Positions 12,963 to 25,500 of a stretch of 64,000 nucleotides of DNA are shown piece after piece; the first letter of the stretch is position 1; each line of letters starts with the position of its first letter. The DNA lies in NCBI GenBank assembly GCA_964247055.1, contig OZ176050.1, forward strand, positions 15,128,001 through 15,192,000, read 5' to 3'. Position numbers and translations under genes: made by a program. The DNA comes from Paragordius varius. Its lineage: Eukaryota > Animalia > Nematomorpha. The notes under the pieces were generated by a model. It was given only the letters and a program-made list of their open reading frames with translations, was not told the origin of the DNA and searched no databases.

Positions 12963-14843
12963 TTAACTTAATTCGAATCCGGATTGACTAGTTATGGCGT
13001 ACAAGAGTTTGCTTTTCAAAAGTTCCCGATTTTGGTAAGGAGGTAATTTTAGCAAATGCATGCAAGTCGATGCAGTTGGCAATAAATCAATATCTTTCGT
13101 AGTGTGAGTCTCCTCAACATCCATATTTTCTGTTTGAGGAATTCTTGAAGAAGTTGAATTATTTTCTACCGTTGGAATTCTGTCCTCATCTAAAAGGGTG
13201 GCTGTAGACGTCCTCTGAATATTGAATGGTGGGTACAAATCCTAAGAGAGTAAAAATGGTAAAAATATATTAAGGAATAGATAGTTGAATAAATCATTCC
13301 ATTAAAAATTATGTGAGATAGAGATATTTTGATATAAATTGAATTGTAAACTAAATTTATGATATATAAGCAAACTAGTTTAGTCCTTGTTAGAACTTAC
13401 TTTAACACTCTCTAACTTATATTAGATGTTTAATTATGAATTGCGACGGTATTTAACTTTACTTTAATATTATGCAATTAGTGTAACAAAAGAAACATTA
13501 TAAAAATTTATATTATTTACTATCGACACTCAATTGAATAAATGCCTTAAACTTATCTAAAAAATACCAAAATTTTATTAACCACATTAGTTAATTTTAG
13601 CAAAATATTATACTTTAAAGCCTAAGAGAGGCGGACTCCCACAGCTTGTTACGAATTTGAGTAACAAACTCCTTTTTTGTTCGTTGAAATCGTGAGATAC
13701 AATATCCCAAAACATAAGGATAGTAGGATCTGACTCGCTATAACCACCTATTAAACAACATAAAATTAAAAATAGCGGTAGATTAATAATATGAAATCGC
13801 TAGGTAAGCCATCTTTTTTTAAAAACAAAAATATAGGAAAGAATTAAGCCAGAATAACTGTTTATTTAAATTTCATTACAGCTTGGTATATAATTGTTAA
13901 TAATTATTATTATACAAAGTGGAAAACCATAGTTTTTCCAATAATCCAAAAAAAACTTAACTTAAAAACCGTTAGTAACCGTTTTCGATTGTAAAACGAT
14001 TCTAAAACCCATTTTCAAAATTATAAGGAATACAATATGTATTTGATGTTATAGAGCGGTATCGATTAATTTTATCTACTTTAATTCAAATAGTTCAAAG
14101 TGTTTTTCATAATAACAAGTGTTAGTTTTTTGTGGTTTCAAAAAAGAGTCCTAGTTTCAATTTTCATTTAAATATCGAAAGGAGTTAATATCCTAGTTAT
14201 TAACCAATATATTTTCGTTATAAAGTTGTGAATAATACGATGAATATCTTCAATTCATTTATAATGGATCAATTTTTTACAAAAAAATTCCTGAAAATTT
14301 GGAAATCTTTGTAACTCATATTATATCGATAAAAAACCGGAATAAAGAGTATTGCGTTTCCAATCGCTGATATCTATCGGTTTGTCCCGATCTCCACAAA
14401 CTATGGTTTGCATTTCTGTGGAGGGACTCCTGAAGCAATATAACCAGCGCCCATCTATCACATCACACATGCCTTGCGTAAACGCTTTTGTTAAAGGGTT
14501 AAGCTGACAAACCAAAAAAAAAGAGATAATTGAACATTTTAATATATTAATTACTTACAGTTAATATTAAAATTATACCGATGAAACCTAAAAAGTTTTA
14601 AGGACAATATTGATTTTCAAAAGACAATCGCGGTTTCAAAATATATGTCTAGTTTTAGCTTAGAAAATAGGGACAAAGTATAATATTTACACAATTACAG
14701 TAAAAATTGAAATTTTATATGGACAAAACGTTAAAATATAAAGACAAATATTTTTACCAAAAGACACCATAATTATCAAACCTTAATTTTTCCTCTATAA
14801 GCTATTCAATAAAGATGGTTAAAAATTAAATTAATTGTTTTAG

Positions 14844-14883
<40 letters not shown>

Positions 14884-17800
14884 ACTTCACACTTTGCAAT
14901 ATTAATAAAGAGGTGATTTTCAAAAAATGATGATTTAGAAAAAAAATATTTGCCCTTATATTTTTACGTTTTGTCCGTATAATTTCAATTTTTACTGTAT
15001 ATAATTCAAAATTGCTATTAAATAGTTTTTCTAGGAATATCAGGGTTTGTAAATGATGTTTTTGGAAAAATTGTTTTGTTTGTTTCAATATTACTGGAAT
15101 TAATAAAAGGTTAAGTGAAGTAATAGAAATGTGATGTGTACTTTGATAGTTAGAATGTAATGCACCATAAGGTAAATGTATAATATTCTATTGTCTTCCG
15201 TGACTGGAATATTGGAACCATTTGGGATTAAATCAATCTTTTTTACAATGCCAAATCTGCCGATAACAAAAAAAATAATAGTGGGTGGAATATAGCGAAC
15301 ATAAAATAATTAGTAGAAAAATGAAAAAAAAGTAACATGAAAGTTTAAGTGAAAATATTAATGATTATTAATATAATAGGAAACTAGATTATAAGGCTTA
15401 TTTTATAGAAATCTATCGATTTGGGTTGCAAAATTCATACATAATATAAAATTTTACGGACAAAACGTAATATAAAGACAATTTTTTTTAAATTTTTTGA
15501 GAACCTTAAGTCCCACAAAAATAATTCAATTACCATTGTAAAATACATAATTGATTATTTTACCAATATATATCTCTATTTAATCCTTCACAGTTTTAAA
15601 TGATGAGTTTTATTTTAAAAAATCAAGATATGAAAAGTATATTTGCTATTTAGAAAACATTTATCATTTTATTTTAACGTTTTGTCCGTAAATTTCAACA
15701 TCTACTGTAAATTAGTTACAAATATATTTCAAATATATAAATTGTTTATAGATTTTAAAAATGTTATTAATGATGATACCAACAAAAAATACATATTTTT
15801 CCAATGATCAAAACAACATAACCATCAAGAATAAAGAAAATATAGTTTTCTTTATAAAAAATATTTATCCATTACTTTCTGTTTTGGTTTAATAATTTTA
15901 ATAATCTGTGTATCAAAAATAAAACTCTAATAAATTTTTATAACCTTTCCTCCATAACACTGAAATCAAGTCCAAAAATATTAGCAATACTATTCTCCTC
16001 GTCAGAGTCCACGTCTGGAGTTGAGTTATAATTAGCCAAATACATGAGATTACTGTATAGTATAGGATCAAGTTCTTTCAATTCTTCCATATCCAGCCAA
16101 CAATTATTACCATCATTAAAATTGTTATTTAGTTTTGATAAATTTAGGCTTAATTCATGCATAATCTTACTAATGAACGTAGCAGACAGTGGAATTTCTA
16201 CCAACAAATTTTCATAGATAGCCTTTTATATTTAAATGTAAAATTTTGGGTTTATAGCAATTATCATAAACTTATGATTGGTATTATTGCAGTTATATAA
16301 ATAGGGGCTGTCAAAATGAGCCCTATGTTTGGTATAGAAAAAGGCTTGAAAACATTTATAATGTTTTAATGTTGTCAAACTTTTTCTAACCCTAACCATA
16401 GGAATCGGCCCATTGAGACGAAAACAACTTAAAGTAAAAATATTGGACTGTTTTTCAAGAAATCATTGTTTTTGCCCTCGTGTAATGATTTTACAGATCA
16501 TTAGAAAACTAGCCTTTAGCGCATTTTTATGGCCAGCCAACAGTTCGGGGAGGTAATAGGAATTGTGTTCAATAATATATATATTATTCAAAAAAAACCC
16601 TTAAATTACTCAATAGACAGAAAATTTCCCAAAATACGATAAAAACTAAAATTATACTATGGGACAAAACGTAAAAATATAAAGACAAATATTTTTTTTA
16701 AAAGACAACCATACTTAAATCTTTATTTAATGCAATATAACTCATTGTTTTAAAATGGCAAAGTCTGAAATAGATATATATATCTAATACAATCATACTT
16801 TATTTTTCAAACTAAATAGCCGATATGAAAATAATTAAGTTTTTAAAAAATATGGTTGGTTGTCTTTTAGATAAAAATATTTGTCTTTATATATTTCAAT
16901 AATAAATTATTTCATATACCTTTCCCAACATTCGACCCAGGAAAAAATAATGGCGTAATATTTCGCGTTCATTAGAGTTTATTGTTGATGAATTGAATGT
17001 ATTATTGTTACTAATTAATAGTTGTTGAACATCGTCATTCACATATAAAACTTGGTTAAACACTTGAGGATTGGGATAAAGTACAATCTTTGGTTTATTT
17101 GTTCTTAATAGAAATAATCAAAATAAAATATTTCTTTATTTTATTTGTTCTAAGAATTAAAATAAAATTTTCATTTGTATGTGATAAAACATTGGTATCG
17201 CGCACATAAAAATTTTCAAAAATGACAAATTTCAATCGTTAATCAACATATAAGCGTTTTTATATGTCTGGATTTGTCCCAATTGTATAAATATTTTTAT
17301 ATCAAAAAAAGTCTAATTGTAATTTAAACCAAGACTTTAAAAACATAACATAAGGCTTCTCATTTTGTAATTGTTATTTAAAAAGTATGGCTGTCTGCTT
17401 GAAATATTTGTCCCTTAGTTTTACGCTTTGTTTTTACCTTTAATTTCAGTTGTTACTGTAAGGTCATATTTATAAGCTATATAGGTAATTTAACTACAAA
17501 ATTACCGCAATAGGTCATATATGACAAAATTGAAGTTTTCAGATATATTAACACATCTAAAATTTATTAAAAGTCTATAAAGTAAAAAAAGCAAAGAAAT
17601 ATTAAAACAGAATGTCTTCAAAATAATTGATAATTCGTTTTTACCTTTCTTGGGGCGATATTTGTTCTTGTTCCTTAAAGAGTCCCCGTAAAGGGTCGAA
17701 TCCAAGCCGAAGGAGTTGATTCAAGAATTCCCTGAAGATGCCTCCACCATCGATTCCGGCCTCATTCAGCCCTTGGAAACCGATAAAGTTTATTTTCAGT

Positions 17801-19061
17801 CGGAGTTTTAAGTTTGGTTCTAACATTATTTACAAAAAGAATTTTTCATTAGGGTAAAGGATTTTAAAAAATTACGAAAAAAAAACAACAACTAAAATCC
17901 AGGTAAGGGAGAAAAAAGGGTGTTAATAAGCACATAATGCAAAAAAGGGTTTTGACACCGCTAAAATATGGTTAAAAGACATCCACTTATAAAAACCTGA
18001 TATTTAGGTCACAATTGTGAAAAAAGCATCTTGTTAATGGTTTATTGGTTACAGGCTTACAATTACGTCTTAATTTTTAAAATCTTATTTTCTAAATTTA
18101 AAATTAAAAAAAATGTTCATTTTATGAGTCATGTGATGATTGGAGTGGACCCTATGTTAATATAGGCGTATCCAAGAAAATATCGTTTAATATACCATTT
18201 ACACTTCAAATTCACTCCAGAACAATTTAAATTTACCCTAAAAAACTATGAATTCGGGTTAATAAAACTCATCATATGAAATATATCTTTATGGAATAGA
18301 TTATTACTTTATCAATTTTTAAAAATATAAAATAATATAGGTAATTTTTAATCTTAAAAAAACACATAATATATTTTAGGGTGAATTTAAAGTGTAAATG
18401 GTATACTATAATGGATGTACAACATGAAGATTGGAACATGTTTAAAATAAAATGTGGTTGTTTTTATAAAGATTATTGGGAATTAATTCCTATTAATTGA
18501 CTAAATTAAATTTTTACTTTGAATGTTCCAAATGTTACTTTATCATAATAAATCATACATATTCGTGAAAACTTTGGCATTACAAATCAACACTGGTTAC
18601 TTTACTTTGAATAGTATTCTTCAAGAATTCAAATAATATTTAAAACAAAAAAGTGAAATAAAAAAACCATTGATAGGAGATAATTTTTGGAAGCTGTCTT
18701 CATACAAATGACTTCTCCTTATGTTAACCACGATGGCCAATCCTTCGGGCGTTACCATCCTTGAGCTCAGACCTTCAAAATTATTTCTATAAATTGTGAT
18801 AAAACATTTCACAATATAGTAATCGTAAAAATTAAAAGAGTGAAATTTTTAAAGGATATTACCATATTTTCTATTAATATTTTCAATATATAAAATGTAT
18901 GATTAGGATTGCGAAATTTTATGGAATTGTATTAAACATATTAAGGTTAAAATATGATTTTCTTGGAAAAAGTATTTCGATACTTTTTATGTGAGCTAAG
19001 TTGGTTTAATTGATATAAAAACCCTATGAGTATTTGATAATGAGTTTTTAAACTAAAGAAC

Positions 19062-19106
<45 letters not shown>

Positions 19107-22100
19107 ATGCAAATAGTTCTTTTTCTTAAAGGATTTGGGAAAAATGAATTAAACAAGTTTTATCTAAACTATTCAAATGTGGTTTTATGGCTTGTAGGAT
19201 AAATAAAAAGTAAAAACATATTTTAAATACACATTCAGGTGAAATTGCAATTATATTTCAATTTGACCGAATTATTACCTTTAAGAATGTATTAATCTAT
19301 AAGAAATTATTTATTCTTAAACTCCAATTTTTAAAAAAAGTATTTTCATTTTTTTGTTCGTTGATTACCTGTAAGCATGTAGAGATGAGCTGGTTTGAAG
19401 TTGATGTTCGAAATCGAGATATAACTTTTTGAAAGCTCTGACTCGCACACTAAAAGGCAACAGAAAAGGACCATACTGCAAAACCAATATTAGCCTCAAT
19501 ATTTGGATTGATGGATATAAAACTATACAAGTTATATATATTATAAAGTAAGTTTTTTCAATTATTTTAAGCGTATATAATATTTTTTTAATCACATAAA
19601 TTGTTATAAAAAATTATTAATCTATTTTATTTGAATATATTTCAGGATTTTTGATTAGACAGTGAATATACTATAAAAACCGTGATCTAAACCCTAACAA
19701 AAAATTCAACTTAAACAAAGTTTACTGAAAGCATTGAAGAGTAAGAAAATCATAAAATACAGTAAAAATTAAAATTATACGGACAAAACATTAAAATAAA
19801 TGTTTTTTATAAAAGACCATACTTTTTTGAACTATTCAATTACAATTATAAAATATATAATTAGTTGAGTTACCAATCTACATCTCTATTTCATCAATGA
19901 TTTCTAAAAAAATTAAGATTTAAAAAGTATGGGGTTGTCTTTTAAAAAAAATATTTGTCTTTAATTTTAAGTTGTGTCCTTCCGTAAAATTTCAATTTTT
20001 ACTGTAATTAGTTCTAATTAATTAAGCTATCTATATTTTACAAATTTTCAGGAAATTTTACCAATATTCATGAGACTTTCTTTGAATACACCTTGTTCCT
20101 TAACTATGGCACTATTCATATTATTATAATTTGAGTTATTTTGAGGTTGCTTTTTGGTTGTCATGGTTTTTTTAGCAAGTCTTTCGAAAGCCTTAATATA
20201 AATCTCAACCGGGTCGGCACTTTGATTATTGAAGTTTTCATTGAATGTTTCCACATTTATCTAAAAAAAAATAAATATTTATTTTATGATTAAAATTGTA
20301 AGGTTTCAAATTAGTAAAAACCTTAAATATATTAAACTTTTTAAAGTATATAAAATTAGGTTCTTTTCTATATTTTGACTTTTTTTGCTGTTAAATGTTA
20401 AATTAATCACAATATTAAAAGTTTATGCAACCTTTTTACAATAAAACTAATGAAATATTTTCATTCAAACCCAAAAAATCAAACCAAAAAGAAATTGCAA
20501 AATAAAGAAAGCAAGCACCTCTTCCAACATGGCGGTATATTCGGTGAGATTAGATTTATCTAATGTCCACAAGTTCATGGCATTCGTATTTTGGGGCATC
20601 ATATGATATTTCCTCCTTATTATGAAATTACATCTACCATTCCGTTCACATAAATAATCCAACAGTTCACAGATTTGCTAAAAAAGAATAGTAAATGAAA
20701 AAGCTGGTAAATCTAGAAAAGTAATTCACATTTTAAATATGCCATCATGCACTTAAAAACTTTCTTTCAGAACACTTCAAGTTGGACCTCAAAATTTTTA
20801 AGTTGGACCTAATTAGACATATTTTATTTTTGCATGTAATTTTTATATTTATTATTTTTTAAACTAATTTTCGTTATTTATTGTGTATTTGTTCATCTAA
20901 ATAAATATTTTTTGTACAAAAACCACGTTTTTTGTTTTGATTTTTTTCCAATTCAACTATAAACTTAACAAATGCTTTTTATATAGATATGTAATTAACC
21001 CCAAAAACCAATGATTTTTTAATTACGTGTTAAATAATTCATATTAATATTTAAAATATTTTTTGAAAAATTAATAAAAATAGACTGTTTCCAAATTAAA
21101 AATTGATACTGATTTAAAGTTTATGTTAAATAAAGAAAATAGTTTAAAAATGATAAAATAGTAGAATGATATACAATTTGATTGATAAAAGTTAAAAACA
21201 AAAAAGAGTTTAAAGACCAACTTAAGTTAAAAGAACTTGAACTGTTGAAGACCAACTTAAAAAAGTTAAGGACTAGCTTGAACTACAAATGGTATAAACG
21301 GTAAATTTTAAAATAAATTAAATTTTGGTCCATAATCTTTTAAATAACAATTGTGAGATATAAAAATGAAAGAAATACCAATATATATATTTAACAACTA
21401 CGATAGGTTTATTATAAAACAAGAATATGGTTCTTTTAATAAAATATATTAATCTTTTTTTATGGACATTATATACATGATAAAAAAATTTTATTAAAAA
21501 GTTTATATTAAAATACTAAACCACATATAGCTTGAGGTATGGAAAACGGGTGGCACAAAAAGCCTGACAATTTTTCCGCGCCAGAAAACTAGCTGTAATC
21601 GGTGTCAAAAATCTCACAAGGGTTTGCAAGAGACCTTTGAAGAATTTTATGATTTCAGGCAAAAGTTCTAACGAGTTTTTGTCTGGATTTAACAAAACAA
21701 CAAAGGATTCCATCAGTTCAGAATCAGACATTGCTCTGAGACGTAGAATAAACATTGAGCAAAATATTTCACAGAGCTGTCTGGAACAAGCTATATTCTT
21801 TTTACGATTGTTGTTCAAATTCTTTTCAAACGTGCTTTCTTCAATGCATTTATCATGAGAATGTGTTAGATATTGAATGAGAACGGATTTTCTAAAGAAA
21901 ATTATTAATTTTATATTATTAATTTTTTTAAAATAGTCTCTGAATTTCATTTATTGAAAAGGGAAAAAAACCTAAAAAAACTAATTTATTTAACGTTTTA
22001 TATTTAATTTTTTTTCTTGAGGAGCTTTGTTGTGCAATACCATTTATAACATGGAAATTAGTAAAATATCATTCATTATTTTATCAAAAGTGCGGCCTAA

Positions 22101-22512
22101 ACGATATATTTATAAACATAATAAGCACATTCAATTTCATTCTTATTATAACAAATTGGTAATTGAATTACATTTGTGATCTCTCGAGAATTCTATAATA
22201 ATAAAAAAAGAGCTAAATAGTGAGTGATATGCTTTTACAATTATTCGCACTAAAATAACCGTATTTTCTTGATTTTTGCTTTATATATATATGCACCAAA
22301 AATACTATGGAAATATTTATTAATTCATTAAAATCCAACTTTTTTAGGTTTCTCCCGAAAAGATTTCTCAAAAATATGTTTGACTATTAGTGGAACCATT
22401 AAAAAATTATTATAACATATAAAAAATTAGGAACAAAGACAAAATTAAATGCAAAAAATGCATTTGTAATCACGAGATGATAACATTATGGCACAGATAT
22501 AAGGATTAATAT

Positions 22513-22559
<47 letters not shown>

Positions 22560-25500
22560 GTTTTTTATATTTTAAAATTTGAAAGAAAAATATGGCATTT
22601 ATTTATGATAAGGGGTTATAACATTATGTATAGGTTAAGAAAGCGTTTCGTTAGATTAAAGGATGTATATATATATATATATATATAAATTCTATATAAA
22701 AGACATATTAAATAAAAATTAGTTTTTTTTTTCATTTTTTAATAACTCTTAAATCTTGTAAAGATAAATCCACATTTCATAAAAAGGGTAATAAAAGCTC
22801 AGACCAATAAACAAATATATATGATTAATAAAAAACTAATTCTTACTCATTTAAAATGGCTCTTATAACAGTCTTCCATATTTGTACCCAAAACTGCGGA
22901 CAAGTCAAAACACTCAATTGCATATAAATACTTTTATAAACATTATTATTGTGACAATGATTTGTCAAAGTATTTTCATGATGTGTAAAGTCGTCCAATG
23001 CGACAAACATAAGTTTTTGAAAAGGTGTCGTCGTTAACATAGATTTGTCCAAAACTTCAAAGTTTGTAGATGATCCAATATAATTTTGACTCAAATATTC
23101 AGAAAAAAAATGAGCAATTTTATAAATGTCAGTTTTTTCATTATTTTCAATATTTCGAATAGTGTTGTTGAAAGAAAGTTGTACATGTTCAACCCAAATA
23201 ATAGATAATATGTTGCGAAGCAATATCCCATTCGGATTGTTTGAAGAGGGCGTATTTGCCATGATCATTTGAATGAAAATGTCATGATTTAAGAGATGTT
23301 TTAAGGAATGCGAAATAATGGACATCCAAGGAACATCTAAAAATATAAAGACGTAAAAATTAATATACTTAGATTTTATTGAATAAAATTTAGTATGTTA
23401 CCAATTGACATGTCTTTTTGCATATTTCGAAACCCAAAAAGATAATAAAACATGGTTAGAAAATATAATTTTCCCTATATAAAAAATTATGTTTTTTATT
23501 TAATATGATTGATAATGTGATTTTAACTGTGTATCAAAATGAACAACACAGTATGAATAGAATAGAGGGCATCCTCACAAATCTATAATAAAGGGTGAAT
23601 AATTTTAAGAACTTATAAAAAATGATTTTGAATAGGAATAGATGATGTTAATTTGGAAAATAATAAAAAAGGATAGAAATACTTATTGTAATATTATTAA
23701 AACACCTAAATATATTAAAGACACATTCTATTATAACTTTTTAGATTTTATCAGCAATTATTTTAAAACGCAAAGTAATTCCCAATTTTCATTTAGTTTT
23801 TCCATCAATAAGCTAAATATATAAAAGTAAAACCAAAATTTGATAGTTTTTTTAAAAATTCCTTCTTTATACCATATGGTGTTTCGTCGGATACATTTAG
23901 AGGGGGATTTTCAGCATTATAAATGACATATTTATCAAAGTATTTATTGCGTACATCATTATTCGTGTTGAATGGCGATGAATATTGTGTTTTAGGATTG
24001 TCAGCATCAGAGTGCTTGGAATAATGATTTATTCCATATATGTAGAGAAGAGAGTTAGCCAACACCGATAGGAATTGAGTCCAAATTTCCTAAATATAAT
24101 AAAATTTATAGATTCCTCTAGAGAATAGATTATAACAGAGACGTATTCTTATTAATACTACTTTTATTTCCGTAAAGTTTCTTTTAAACATTTAGAATCA
24201 ATTTTAACTATGATTGATTATCAATCGTTTTGGCAACTGTTTTATGTAGATAAAACATTTTTGTCATAGGAATTCAATAATAACCATTTAATGTTTCAAA
24301 TTTATCATTTTTTTTCATTAAAATGCATAACATTACCTAAATATTATTATTTTTTAAAGTAAACATATGCAAATGTAAATACAATTTTACTTTAAAACAA
24401 TTTTTGGCCAATTTTTATCACTCCAAATCAATGTTATTTAATTCAATGGCACTTTTTAACTCAAACATTAGATACCAAAAATATTAGATTTGATGGAACA
24501 TATATTGATATATTGCACTAAATAAACACTTTTACACAATTTTTTACTTTATGTTAATATTTTATTTAAAAACACAACATTATTAATACAACACTTTTTC
24601 ATTTTCAGATCGATCGATATTTTATCATTCCCTAACAACATTTTTTTTATTCAAGGGCGACAAAAACAATTCCTTTATATCAACATTTTTTCATTCAAGG
24701 GCAACAGTTTTTGTGCACAGAAAGAATTAATTTATTATACCATTATATCCGAATCTCTGTCAGGGTTATGCAGTAATGAAGAGTTGCTATTTCGATTACA
24801 TGCCAAACAAGCAAGCCATATAACTAACGTGCTGTGAAGAGCCAACGAACATTGTAACAACAAATCATTCCCATCACTGTTAATACTAAGCACAATAAAA
24901 AATTAACGGCTAAAAAAATAAGAAAACACTTTTTTGAAAAGACAACCATACTTTTTAAAACCTAATAGGAATATTAAATTCAAAGTCTAATTTTACAATA
25001 TCTATGATTAAGGTTTTACAAATATATGTATAAAAGCGTAAAAAATATGGTTGCCCCTTTAAAAAATATTTTTCTTAATACTTTGTTCATTAAAATTTAA
25101 AATTATACTGTGTGAATGATTGGGCCAATGTTAATTGCCTTAAACATTCATATTGTGTTTTATTATTATTGTTATGATTACTATTGGAGAGATTTTGTAT
25201 TTGCGCACATATGTAAGGAATAATGAAAGGCAAAGTTTTATACGGCAAATAAATGGAAACGCTTCCCAAAATTTCACGCATAAAATAAACCCAAATATTC
25301 TCCTTATTATTATAATTCTTATAAAGCAAGTTATTGTGTAAAAATTGCCATATCAGCTGTAAAATTGACTGCTCATATGGCGTTATGAAAGAATCCGTAA
25401 GAGCTGTTTTCATAGGCGAGGAATCATGTGATACGCTAATCAGATGTTTGAGCAATTTGGCAAAATAACCTAAAAGACATAAATATAAATGCAAAAGGAA

